Part shown: one piece after another, positions 38,850-50,622 of the stretch
Position numbering within the stretch: the stretch's first letter is position 1
How the letters are laid out: each line of letters opens with the position of its first letter
Assembly: GCF_001194135.2 (NCBI RefSeq)
Contig: NC_068994.1
Coordinates: 35,729,414-35,780,747 of the forward strand
Reading direction: 5' to 3'
DNA length: 51,334 nt
From: Octopus bimaculoides
Lineage: Eukaryota
The notes under the pieces: model-generated
Told to the model about the DNA's origin: nothing
What the model saw: the letters and a program-made list of their open reading frames with translations, nothing else
Databases searched by the model: none
Program-made: the position numbers and the translations under genes

Positions 38850-39165
38850 CTGGTGATGAGCAGCTTTATCAAGATCCAACAAAAGTGTCTGAGAAGACTC
38901 AGTAGAGAAGAATGAGAATTGCTAGTTATTGCATCAAGCACCGAGAAGAACCCCTGTGTCAACTGGTCTTATGGCAGTCAGTTGAAGGAAGAATAAACCG
39001 GGAAAGAAAACATCTTAACCTATGTGAACAACTTGCTTCAAGATAGTGGAATGGCAAATGTTGATGAATTAAGGACATAACATGGGAGACCATGATGGAT
39101 GGCATGCTTGTATGAAATCATTGAGGCATCCAGGAGCATGGCCAGACTAACTAGTAAGCAAGCTC
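38850..39165 (+). pseudogene. RTE-like LINE C-terminal fragment
   Basis: RRMRIASYCIKHREEPLCQLVLWQSVEGRINRERKHL..YVNNLLQDSGM, matching the RxRxAGHCxR...LVLW...GR pattern. Confidence 0.65.
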
Positions 39166-39179
39166 CATAAAACTAGACA

Positions 39180-39710
39180 ACATTACTTCTTTCTCAAGGC
39201 CCCTTTACTTGGATCCCCTGATACGTCTTCACCTCTTCATTATCATTCATACAGATCACATGTCTATACCAGTTTTATCTCCACTCTTGCATAGAACAAC
39301 TGATTCCTTTGATGGTTGATTTCCTCTCAGCTTACCTTTGGTCTGTCTTTCAATGTTTTCTTACAATAGAAATCCAACAAAATATGATTGCTTCCTTTCT
39401 GTTGGGTCTCTTTCTAAATCATTTCCTTTAACCTCGTAATAGTTGACTATGATGCAATTACTACAGGAAAACATCTCCCTGTACTATTTAATTGGATGAA
39501 TTACGAGTGCTATTTCCCCAGATATTTTCACCATCGTAGTAACTGTAACTGATGGTCCTGTTGTTTACCCTGCCTTCATATTTCTAATGGCAACTATGTA
39601 ACGATCATCCTCAATAGCTGGTTCCCATGTTGGGTCTAACTGGATAGGTTTCCCTGCCTCCTAAACTTTCTCCTCATTCAGCAACCACTCATAATAGCAT
39701 TTCTAAATTT
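39180..39710 (-). pseudogene. RTE LINE remnant: pre-RT segment fused to C-terminal segment
   Basis: Minus strand: YEWLLNEE...AIRNMKAG*TTGPS...CIIVNYYEVKGNDLER, then ...IKGISCSMQEWR*NWYRHVICMN. Confidence 0.6.
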
Positions 39711-40319
39711 CTAAAACTTAATTTATGTCTTAACTTATGCTGTGCTGATGATTTCATGGGTGGATGAAACAGTGCTATACATGGCTACCAATGACTAATA
39801 GCTTTTAAAATTTTAGGAACTTTATTTTATCTTATGTAAAAAAAAAACAGAAAATTAAAAATTAAGCATTAGAAATTTAAATATACATGTTTTTCAGTTT
39901 AACTTCGATTAACCAGGAAAATATTCTCTCTCCTTTAATGATATCACCAGAAACAAACCATGTGTATGTATGTGCATGCATGTGCATGTGTGTGTACATA
40001 TATATATACATAAGCTTCTTACCAGGCATATTCAAACCCATAACAAAACCATTCAGTATATTCTCTCATGGAGAAAGTTTCTTGTTGTTGACAGATAAGT
40101 GTAAACACACCGAGTCAGCTCACAGTGTCCCACCATTCAGACTGGTGGATGTATGCACTTTTGAAGTGATCTGTCTACACCAAGAAATTTTTATCATGAC
40201 AAAATACAATGAATGACTTTCTTATGGGTTCAATATGCCTCAAGCATATTTGAACCGATAACAAGTTTGTATTTATACACATCACTGCTTAGCACTGTCA
40301 TCCCATGTACATACATACA

Positions 40320-40361
<42 letters not shown>

Positions 40362-41631
40362 GTAATGGGTGACATTATGCCAAAAGATACTAGATACAGA
40401 CAGATTAGTGTTCAGACCAGATCAAATACCTAAAATCCAACATCAAACAGTGAGAAACAGAATCTAGGCAAACAAGAATTGGCTACAGGCAATGTACCAG
40501 TCAAACTAATGGAAGTAAAATCAAATAAAAGATGGACTCGCTGTAGTTAATGGCTCCAAAGCATTTATAAAATAATCATACAGATAGGTAAATAAACATA
40601 ATTAAGCAGAAAAACCAGGTAAAAATAGGAGAAGTTCATATTCTAATATCACAGAAACATCTACAAAGGATTGCTTTGATACTTCTCTCTCTTTCTTATC
40701 TGTGACATTAGTGTATGAACTGTCTGGATATTTGTCTTGACTTTTGTTATGCTGATGGCTCCAAAGAAGGATGAAATAGTACAATGACTAAATATTTTAA
40801 TGACTTTAGGAACTTCTATTTTATTCAATGTAAAAAAATTTTAATTAAAAATTATGAATTAGAAATTTAAATATACATGTTTTTCAACTTAACTTAGATT
40901 AACCTGAAAAAGATTCTCTCCTCCTTAATACCCACCAGAAGCAAACCATGTGTATGTATATGTGTGTGTGTGTGTGTGTGTGTATACGTGTGTGTGTGTG
41001 TGTGTCTGTGTGTGTGTCTGTGTGTGTGGTGTTGTTACAGTATGGACTCTCTAGGTATCTACCTATCTATAAAGAACTACTATGAAGGATTTGAACTTTC
41101 TGGATATCTACCTGTTTGTGATGAACTGCTATGGTCTTTCCTCTTTCTGGTTTCTACCGGTTTTCTACTTGATTATATTTAAATATGTTCATATCTGCAT
41201 GAACTGTGGGTAAGTACACCATATTTCAGTTTGCAGCCTAATACCACCATATATATTAAAAGTTTATGAGTCAATACTACTGTGACCTGCTTTGTGTTAG
41301 TAATACATTGTTTTCATCTTTTAGTGTTTCTCTACAGACTTTCTATAGAATTTAGAGCTTGCATTGAACTTTGCACGTACACCCAATTTTTCTATCTTTA
41401 ATTGCATTGTTTACATAGGTATATTCATATACGAAACATCATAACTTTCAGTGCTAGCTCTAGATTCTATAGCAAATCTGCAGAGATAAGCTTACAAATG
41501 AAAACAATGCGAAGTTAACACAAAGTAGGACACAGTATTGACTGATAAACCTTTAATATACTTGGTAGTATATTATGGTTGCAAAACGAAATGCAGTGTT
41601 CATACCAGCAATTAATATGTACGTACTAATT

Positions 41632-41847
41632 GAAGGCAGCAATCTGGCAGAATCGTTAGCACCTCGTGTAAAATGTTTAGAGGCATTTTGTTCGTTGTTA
41701 CATTCTGAGCTCAAATTCTGCCAAGGTTGACTTTGCTTTTCATCCCTTTCAGGGTCAATAAAATAAGTATTAGTTGAACACTGGGGTCAATGTAATCGAC
41801 TTGTCCCCTCCTCCAAACTTGCTGGCTTTGTGCCAAAATTTGAAACC
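41632..41847 (+). mobile_element. Full-length SINE family A with decayed TSD
   Basis: AATATGTACGTACTAATT (41614-41631) vs AATATGTATGTACTGATT (41848-41865), 16/18. Confidence 0.9.
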
Positions 41848-42398
41848 AATATGTATGTACTGATTATCAGGAATGTGTTTAATATGTAAATTAGTCTGTC
41901 CAGGAGTGTTACACCACTAAACTTAGTGGCTACTTAAGCAATGTATTCAGGGATTGTTGATGGGTTGGATGTGGTGCTGAAGAAAGAGCAATAATTCTGG
42001 AAATATGTATGTAGACACATTAACAATTTTTCTGTCTTTGCATTCATTATTTACATAGATGTATTTGTGTTATGTCTCAAGCTACTGCTATCTAGCACCT
42101 TTGGATGATTGCTACTCAACCGCTACACAACTGCTACTCAACACCCTACCATGGCCAGACTACCTCTATCTATATGTCTTGGGGGATCCTACTTCTTTGT
42201 CTGGGGGCATCGCCACAACAATTTGTATACAAAATGTTGTAATCTTCTGTTCTGGCTTTAAATTTTATAGAAAACCTGTAGAGCAACATTTAAAAAATGA
42301 ATATCTGTATGACCATTTCATAAATGCTTTGATAACATTTAACGATTACCTATCTATCTTTTATTATATGTATATGTATGCTTATGTATATATGCATG

Positions 42399-42429
<31 letters not shown>

Positions 42430-43133
42430 ATATGTATATACATATGTATATTTACACATATATAGATATATATTTGTGTGTGTGTGTACACACAAGATTT
42501 TCTTATTAATCATGTCAAAAATGAGATATGTTAAGAATAAATAAATAAATACTGTGTTTTAGTATTGATATTGTGAAAAACTTACCTAATATTTATGGTG
42601 ATAAGGTTCTGGAGTTGTCATCTGCCCATGCAAGCTTCTTCAGAGAGCTGTAAGTGCAGCCAAAGTGATGTGAGCCCTGACTGAAGAAATGCTGTGTGTG
42701 TAGATTTAAAAAGTTATCTGTAAGAGCACCAATAGCTGGTGAAGATATTTATACGAGTAGAAGGATAGGATTTAATAAGGATATAAATGTAAGGGTCGAG
42801 GGATTACACCTAATGACTGGAAGATAACAAAATTTTTAGTTAATATAAATATAACTGAATAAGTTGTTAATAAAAGAAAGCGGTCAACAATATTTTTTGA
42901 GGGTACAATTTTTTTTTTAATTTCTTCTGTTATTTATTTATTTTACAAAGTTCCCTTTTGGGATATTTTTTGGCAAGAAATTTTTTATTTCAAACAGTGT
43001 TGTATTTTGTTAGAGTCGTGTTTGTTATTTTGTTAATTTTTTTCCAGTTAATAAATATGTATTGCCTTTTTCATTATCTTCTTTTTTTCAATGTGAAAAA
43101 TAAATAAATAAATAAATAAATAAAAAGAAAATA

Positions 43134-43188
<55 letters not shown>

Positions 43189-43359
43189 CTCTTTCTTTAT
43201 TGGCTACAAAGGCTGTGAATAATAATAAATATGTACATTGTTTGTCATTGAATTTGTGATGAGGTGGATGGAGATCAATGAACAAGATATGAATGTGTGA
43301 TGAAAAATTCCTGATGAGAGCAGCAGCTTACTGGAATAATAGTAAGAATAACAAAGGGT

Positions 43360-43590
43360 GTTGGGTTGGCAGAATCGGTAGAGCACTGGACAAACATACC
43401 TTGTGCTATTTGGTTAAGTCCCTTTACATTCTGAGTTTAAAACCTGCCCTGGTCGACTTTGCCATTCCTCCTTCCGAGGTCGATAAAATAAGTACCAGAT
43501 AAAGTACTGGGGTCGTTATAATCGACTAAAACCCTTGAAGGTGGTGCCCCAGCATGGCCACTGTCCAATGACTTAAAACAGTAAAAGAAA
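43360..43590 (+). mobile_element. SINE with family A head and core but family B tail
   Basis: TGGCAGAATCGGTAG...CCTTCCGAGGTCGATAAAATAAGTACCAG, then GGTGGTGCCCCAGCATGGCCACTGTCCAATGACT; AAGAATAA on both flanks. Confidence 0.75.
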
Positions 43591-43909
43591 AAAAAAGAAT
43601 AATGTCAATAACTTACTAACTATGCATGTGTTCAATAGCTAACATATTAATTAATGAAATCAACAGGCCACTAATAAAATGCAACAAAATTCTTTTTAAA
43701 AATTCAGATATTTGCATAATATAGGAATATATGCTATTTGACATTTGAGTACCTTTCCCATTTGATTAATGACTTAATTCACCATGACATAACAGGAAAA
43801 TGAAACACAAAGACACTATCAACAGGAAACAACTGTTAAGTAGGTGATGGGAACATATTTTATATTGAACATTAAGAATATGATAAGAATATATATGTAT
43901 GTATATATA

Positions 43910-45480
43910 TATAATAATAATAAAATTATTGTGTATAGTGCTCAGGTGCACAACAGCTCATCAAAGGTGTATGTACAATACATAGAGTTATGTACAAAAG
44001 TCAGGAAAGTGAAAAGTCTCTGAGTCATGATGTATATGTGTGCATGCATATGGAGTGGGGGGATATCAGGTGTAATAGTGGTGAATTGCAGGAAGCATGG
44101 AGGTTTTAAAGGATACAATGTCTCAGCAACTAACAACTGATGCAGGTAGTTTGTTCCATGCTTCAGCAACTCTGAGTGTGAAAATGTTTCTGAAAGTCAT
44201 AGGAGCTATGCTGTTTCTTGACTTTGTAGTCATACTCACATGTGTTAGACACATGGAGCTCAAAAAGGTGCTCAAGTTAGGTCTGGGCACGATGGTTAAT
44301 AATTTCGTGGGTATTTAACAAGTCAGTTGCCAGGCGTCAGAACTTCAATGTATCTATGCCCAGAGAAGCAAGGTGTTCAGAGTATGATAAATGCCTGTTG
44401 GAGGGTATTCACCTGGTTGCACAAATCTGAGTAAGAAAGGGGTTCCAGACTGGTGATGCAAATTACATGTGTGGCCGCACCATAGCTATATACAGCCTTA
44501 AATAGATAGCTGGAGAGCGGCTGACAAAGGTCTTGCTGAGTGATGCCAAGATACCCTTGGCCTTCTTGACAATTTTAGAGATGTGCTTTGTCCAGTGCAA
44601 ATTGCTGCTGACAGTAATGCCCAAGTCGTGTTCACAAGAAGACTTCTTGATATTAGTATTATAGAGAGAGTATGTAGACACTGGGTTTTTCCTGCCACGA
44701 TGCATGATCGTATGCTTGTCCATAGGCAGCTTGTGTTGCCAATCCATGATCCATTATTGCATTGTGTCCAGATCCGATTGCAGGAAAGATCTATAGTGTT
44801 TAGGATCTGTCCTTTTTATCTCAAGGTACAGCTTGATATCTATCATCTGCATATTTCAGCACTTTGGCATTATTTAAGTTGGCATCTATGTCATTAATGT
44901 ATGCATCAAACAAAAGGGGACCAAAAACAGATCCCTGCAGTACACCAGATGACATCTCATAGGGTGAAAAATGCTGTCCTAGAACTGTGACTACCTCTTT
45001 TTGGCTGAGAATGAAGGACTCCAACCAGTTAAAAAGATCATCTTTCATACCCATTGCAGAGAGTTTTGCCATAAGTCTTTTGTGTGGCACAGAATTAAAA
45101 ACTTTAGCAAAATCAAGGTAATCAACATCAACCCATGAACCACCATTAGTGACCCAAGTGATGTCATCAAGAAATTTGATAGGTTGATCACAGCAGCTGG
45201 AGTTAGGGATAAATCCGAACTGTGAGGGCTGGATAAGGCTATGAGAATTCCAAAAGTTCCAGAGTCTTTCTCTCACACAAGATTCCATCAGTTTGGTAAT
45301 GCAGCTAGTGAGACTGACTGGACGATATTTGACAGGCAACACACAGTCACCCTTTTTTAACGGAGGAATGACACTGGCAGTTTTCCACTGCTCCAGAGTA
45401 GCACCATTGTTAAGACAGAACTGAAAGAAGACTGAAAGCTGGTGCAGAAGAAAGTACCCACCACATTTGAGAAGCAGGTA
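43910..45480 (-). mobile_element. 5'-truncated CR1-type LINE (RT, thumb, 3' end with (ATT)n tail)
   Basis: WKTASVIPPLKKG...YRPVSLTSCITKLME...QFGF...YLDFAKVFNSVPH...GVLQGSVFGPLLF...KYADD; downstream HDLGITVSSNLHW, LYIAMVRPH, SPVWNP. Confidence 0.92.
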
Positions 45481-45489
45481 CGTAACACC

Positions 45490-45850
45490 ATCTGCTACAG
45501 TCCTAGGTGCCCAATGTTTTGTGATGGAAACTGTGTGGAAGCTCATCATAGATATGTATGCCTGCATGTATGTATGTATGTATCTATCTGTGTATATGTG
45601 TGCATGTGTATCTGTGTATGTGTGTGTGTCTTTACATCTGTGTTTGTCCCCCCTCACCCACTGCTTAATGACTGGAGTTGGTTTGTTTACATCCCCCATG
45701 ACTTAGCGGTTCAGCAGAAAAACAAAATAGAATAAGTTCAAGACTTAGTAACAAACACAAACATAAGTACTGGAGTCAACTTGTTCAACTAAAATCTTTC
45801 AGGTAGTGCCCCAGTATGACCACAGTCCAAAGACTGAAACAATTAAAACA
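45490..45850 (+). mobile_element. SINE family B lacking the head
   Basis: GGAAACTGTGTGGAAGC-(TATG)n-TTTGTCCCC...GACTGAAACAA. Confidence 0.75.
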
Positions 45851-46134
45851 AAATAAATAAATGCAAGAAAAATATTCAATGAAGAAATGACACTATCATT
45901 TAGAGAGTAATAATGTATTGATCATGTTGGCTTGTATGGGAGATAACTCAAGGCATGATTTAGTATCATTAGACTTCCTTAGCAAAGCAGACATAAGCCA
46001 TCTAAAAACATACAAAAACTGTTCTTGTTGAAGTAGTCATAAGGAATCACTAATTAGAGTTACAATATTGTAATCTGTGTAAGCATGAAAAATTAGTGTA
46101 TTTATTATTTTTTAATATGATTTTGTCATTAAAG

Positions 46135-46310
46135 TGTGGGGCACTACGTTGAAATGCTGAGTGGAACAAATCAACCCCAGTACCTAATTTTTAAGTGTGG
46201 CACTTATTCTATCTGTCTATTTGGCCAAACCACTATGTTTACAGGGGGGGGGGGTCATAAACAAACCAACACCAGTTGTCAAACTGTGTCAGAGACAAAC
46301 ACAAATACAA
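46135..46310 (-). mobile_element. SINE family B, 3' half
   Basis: AAATCAACCCCAGTAC...CTTATTCTATC...CACCAGTTGTCAA...GACAAACACA. Confidence 0.7.
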
Positions 46311-46731
46311 AATCATTCACTCACACACACACAAGTGCATACATACATATTATACATATACACATATTATATATATNNNNNNNNNNNNNNNNNNNNNNNN
46401 NNNNNNNNNNNNNNNNNNNNNNNNNNNNNNNNNNNNNNNNNNNNNNNNNNNNNNNNNNNNNNNNNNNNNNNNNNNNNNNNNNNNNNNNNNNNNNNNNNNN
46501 NNNNNNNNNNNNNNNNNNNNNNNNNNNNNNNNNNNNNNNNNNNNNNNNNNNNNNNNNNNNNNNNNNNNNNNNNNNNNNNNNNNNNNNNNNNNNNNNNNNN
46601 NNNNNNNNNNNNNNNNNNNNNNNNNNNNNNNNNNNNNNNNNNNNNNNNNNNNNNNNNNNNGGCTACTTTATAAATTTTTACATTGATTTTATTCTTATAT
46701 TTTACACACACACACACACACATACACACAT

Positions 46732-46761
<30 letters not shown>

Positions 46762-46762
<1 letters not shown>

Positions 46763-46849
46763 ATTATTACTATTATTAATCAGGTCGCTGCCGTGAATCG
46801 AACTCGGAACCTTGGGGTTAGTAGCCCGTGCTCTTAACCACTACGCCAT
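46762..46849 (-). mobile_element. tRNA-derived head-only SINE or pseudo-tRNA with (TAA)n tail
   Basis: Minus strand TGGCGTAGTGGTTAAG (A box)...GGGCTACTAACCC...GAGTTCGATTC (B box), then TTAATAATAGTAATAAT; no acceptor stem. Confidence 0.75.
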
Positions 46850-46850
46850 A

Positions 46851-47239
46851 TGTATATATAAGCAAATGCATAATAACAGATGATGGATAAAGGTCTGTTA
46901 TTATTCATTTGCTTATAATACACCCTAGGGATTCACAACTTGTTGGACACCCTAGAGTATACCAAACAACGTATGATCAACACAACGTGCTTTGGACCAG
47001 CCCCTAGGTGCTGAATACTCGTAGGGGTGGTTTCCTCTGTGTACACAACCTGAACATTCTACTGGATATTTAATTGACAATAGGTGGTGACCACAGGTTA
47101 ATCCAACCCTACCTGGTGCATATAATTAAGTACTTGATTCTTTCGTTTCGCCTGTCTTTCTAATTGTAGTTTCTCTTGTCCGCCTTTGTATCATCTATCT
47201 GTTCGAATGTTTTAATATCCTCTATTGCGTTTTTGTTCC

Positions 47240-47240
<1 letters not shown>
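46851..47240. repeat. Unclassified repeat-like segment with a terminal hairpin (46851-46922)
   Basis: Distinct composition between TA microsatellites; 24-bp stem directly visible. Confidence 0.4.
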
Positions 47241-47300
<60 letters not shown>

Positions 47301-47306
47301 GATATA

Positions 47307-47595
47307 CCATGGACTCTCCTGTTGAAGATAATGTATGAGCATTCAGCTTTTATTAAATGGCCTGCACAAATGATTTGTTTATAGAGATCAAATGTATGTG
47401 CAGTACCTTAGCTCACTCCCTCCATCAACTCAACGTTACCTGAACAGGTGCACAGTGTACCATGCATCAGGTGTCGTAGTGATTGTAGAGCAACATGACA
47501 TGAAGTGTTTTTTTCAAAAACACAATGCACCATCTCGTCCAGTATTTGAAACCATGATCTCGTAATCATGAGCGCAACACCCTACCTGCTAGGCC
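47307..47595 (-). mobile_element. SINE family E
   Basis: Colinear with 25397-25687 (CAAATGATTTGTTTATAG, CTGAACAGGTGCAC, GAAACCATGATCTCG). Confidence 0.85.
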
Positions 47596-47614
47596 TTGCA
47601 GTCTTCCACATAGT

Positions 47615-47760
47615 TTCTGTCAACAAAATTCACTTCCAAGGCATTAGTTGGCCCGGAGCTATATTAGACAACATTTGCCCTAAGTACTGTGCAGCGAGAC
47701 TGTACCAAAACCATGTAGTTGCAGGTGACCTTCTTAACTACGCAGCTATGCCTGTGGCTA
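47615..47760 (-). mobile_element. SINE family B, degenerate 5' half
   Basis: CAAGGCATTAGTTGGCCCGGAGCTATA...AACCATGTAGTTG...CAGCTATGCCTGT. Confidence 0.6.
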
Positions 47761-48427
47761 TTGAACAAAGCTAAATATATGGATCTCTGTTGGTTCTGAC
47801 AATAAGTATTCAGCTATTCAATTAACTGAATTACCAATTCATTGAACTATTGAACAACCTCATAAGTGGCTGAGTATTCCATAAGCACATGTATTTTCAA
47901 CATAATCAGCATAATAGGAGGAATCAGCATGACAATGTGTAAAGCTACAATCCATCTGAGGGACTTCTCCAAGGTTTCAATCTATTCATATTTGATTCAC
48001 AAAGCTTGGCGCAATCTGAGGCAAAGGGGAAAAAATTACTGACCCAAGAGGACACACAGTGGTATTGAACAGGGAACATTGAGAATGTAAAGCAAATTCT
48101 TTAAGCATTCATCCAAGTGGTCAATTGGTTAATTACATGGTAGTGTTGTCAACCAGACACACCAAAGAAACTAAATTCATGTGCCATATCTAAAGTAACT
48201 GCAAACTGGATCCAATAAAGTTTGAGCTCTGTTATCCTCAAAGCCATTGTAATTCTGATGATATGGTTCTATTTCTTTTTCTTTCTTTCTTTTATTTTTG
48301 AGCCCTAGGATTCATAAGGCAGGTTACTCAATGTTCATGGTTTTATAAGGAAGCATTATCTCTGAATGGGATGCCAATCCATAGCAGGGCTCAAGGCCAG
48401 CAATTTGAAAGGAAGATAAAGAGATAA

Positions 48428-48582
48428 GTTGATTATATCAATCCCAATACTTGACTGGTACTTTTAGTGATGAAAGACAAAGTTGATCTTGGCAAGATTT
48501 GAACTCAAAAATGTGAAGAGCCAGAAAGAAATGCTGCTAAGCATTTTTGTCCAATGTGTTAATTATTTTGTCAGCTTGCCAC
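48428..48582 (-). mobile_element. SINE family A, degenerate (another at 50460-50577, minus)
   Basis: GACTGGTACTT...AAAGTTGATCTTGGCAAGATTTGAACTC...CTAAGCATTT. Confidence 0.7.
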
Positions 48583-48984
48583 TTCAATGATATGGTGACT
48601 CATTGTTAAAGGTAAAAGAAGTGTTGAAGCATTAGTTTTTACTCAGGTTATTTGTTGCTGTTTTGACACAGGTCAGTTCTGTTCCAGCAGACTTATGATG
48701 AAAAGCATTCCAGAGTTGACTATTTAGTCTTTTTTAGTGTATCTAGGATTTGTGTACTTCTATTATTAAGACAGCAGAATGTATTGTGAGGGAATTTAGC
48801 TGCTATTCCTGACACTTTAAGTGATCACTCTGATGGTTACCTGACATTAGTTCAGCCTTTATTCGTCTAGTTAATGTTCATTCAATCAAGTTCATTATGA
48901 ATGGTTTACGCAAAAACTAAATTAACTTTACGGAGATGTACTTGCATAGTAAGTCACTTGATCTGAGATCGTGTACTGAAGCAA

Positions 48985-49228
48985 AAACATTTGCAACAAG
49001 GAAGGTGTTTATAAGCCATTTAAAAACTCACAAAAACTGTTAGATTCACTTTAACATTTAAATTTAATTTGTCTGAGATGCAGCACAGAATTTTGTCAGT
49101 GAACAGGTCACGGTTTCAATGTGAGGAAAATATTTTGACAAATTAAATTTAAATGTTGAAGTGAATCTAACGGCTTTTCTGTGGTCTTTTTAAATGGCTT
49201 ATAAACACCTTCCATGCTGCAATTGTTT
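48985..49228. mobile_element. Foldback / MITE-like element, about 90-bp arms
   Basis: 48985-49073 is the reverse complement of 49137-49228 (e.g. GGAAGGTGTTTATAAGCCATTTAAAAA exact). Confidence 0.8.
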
Positions 49229-49490
49229 AAATGAACTTTTCTTTCTTACTGTTCTTACTGTCAAGGAAATAATTCTGTGTGGCTGAACATTTCTGAGAAT
49301 TATTTAGATTAATATATATATATAAAGAGAGTTAGTGGTTATAGTAACTGACTAAGGGGTAAAATATCTGTATATGCTATCGGTATCCACTACCTGTATT
49401 ATCCCCGGGCAATGGTGTGCAGGCACACCGTACAAGTAAAGTGCAGATAACAACACGATAAACAAGAGTTTATCAGGAACAAATGCATTT

Positions 49491-49823
49491 AATTAGAAAA
49501 TGGAGAAAATCACAGATTAACCAACACATCGGTTGGACCACATTTATAGCTTATTTTTTTAAACAGAAGGAGACATAACAAAATAGATGACATAACACAT
49601 CTTCCGGTCATTATTGATCAGATTGCCAAATGCAATCTATACATAGATGTGAGAATAAAAGTCATCATCTTCATAGGGCATTCGAATTAATTCTGATCAG
49701 TAACGGCCGTAAGATATGTTATGTCACCTATTTTGTTCTGTTATGGTTTGTATTAAAAAATAAGTTATAAATGTGGTCCAACCAATGTGTTGGTTAGTTT
49801 GTAGTTTTCTCCATTTTCTAATT
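49491..49823. mobile_element. Foldback / MITE-like element, about 132-bp arms
   Basis: 49491-49622 is the imperfect reverse complement of 49692-49823 (e.g. AATTAGAAAATGGAGAAAA exact); about 69-bp spacer. Confidence 0.8.
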
Positions 49824-49841
49824 ATTCGCATTATATATGTG

Positions 49842-49890
<49 letters not shown>

Positions 49891-50580
49891 NNNNNNNNNN
49901 NNNNNNNNNNNNNNNNNNNNNNNNNNNNNNNNNNNNNNNNNNNNNNNNNNNNNNNNNNNNNNNNNNNNNNNNNNNNNNNNNNNNNNNNNNNNNNNNNNNN
50001 NNNNNNNNNNNNNNNNNNNNNNNNNNNNNNNNNNNNNNNNNNNNNNNNNNNNNNNNNNNNNNNNNNNNNNNNNNNNNNNNNNNNNNNNNNNNNNNNNNNN
50101 NNNNNNNNNNNNNNNNNNNNNNNNNNNNNNNNNNNNNNNNNNNNNNNNNNNNNNNNNNNNNNNNNNNNNNNNNNNNNNNNNNNNNNNNNNNNNNNNNNNN
50201 NNNNNNNNNNNNNNNNNNNNNNNNNNNNNNNNNNNNNNNNTATGTATGTATGTATATGTCTTGTCATGGCATCCCATGAAGCTTAATTCCATGATGAACT
50301 TCTAGGAGTACCTTTGTAACATATGATGTGTCTCACATTTTAGACCAGCCAGAGCACATCTCTCTTCTGGCCTGAGTGCAGTCAATTTCTTTCAGGAGTG
50401 ACAGAGACAGACACAAGGAAAAGTAAAATATTACATCAGTACAAGACTGACATATTATTTACCCAAAGAGGAAAGACAGAGTTGATTAAGGTGGGATTTA
50501 AACTCAGAGAACATAAAGCTAGAAAGGTTTACTGCAAAGCAATCTATCCGATAGTCTAACAATTCTGCCAACTGGACATC

Positions 50581-50622
<42 letters not shown>

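Noticed and set aside
40227-40256. 12-bp hairpin GGTTCAATATGC/GCATATTTGAACC
   Set aside because: Short and AT-rich; expected occasionally by chance in 51 kb.
46781-46849. Functional tRNA gene
   Set aside because: No acceptor stem, weak anticodon stem, simple-repeat tail typical of retroposition.
47130-47215. Minus-strand hammerhead suggested by CGAAACG
   Set aside because: No CTGANGA upstream on that strand.
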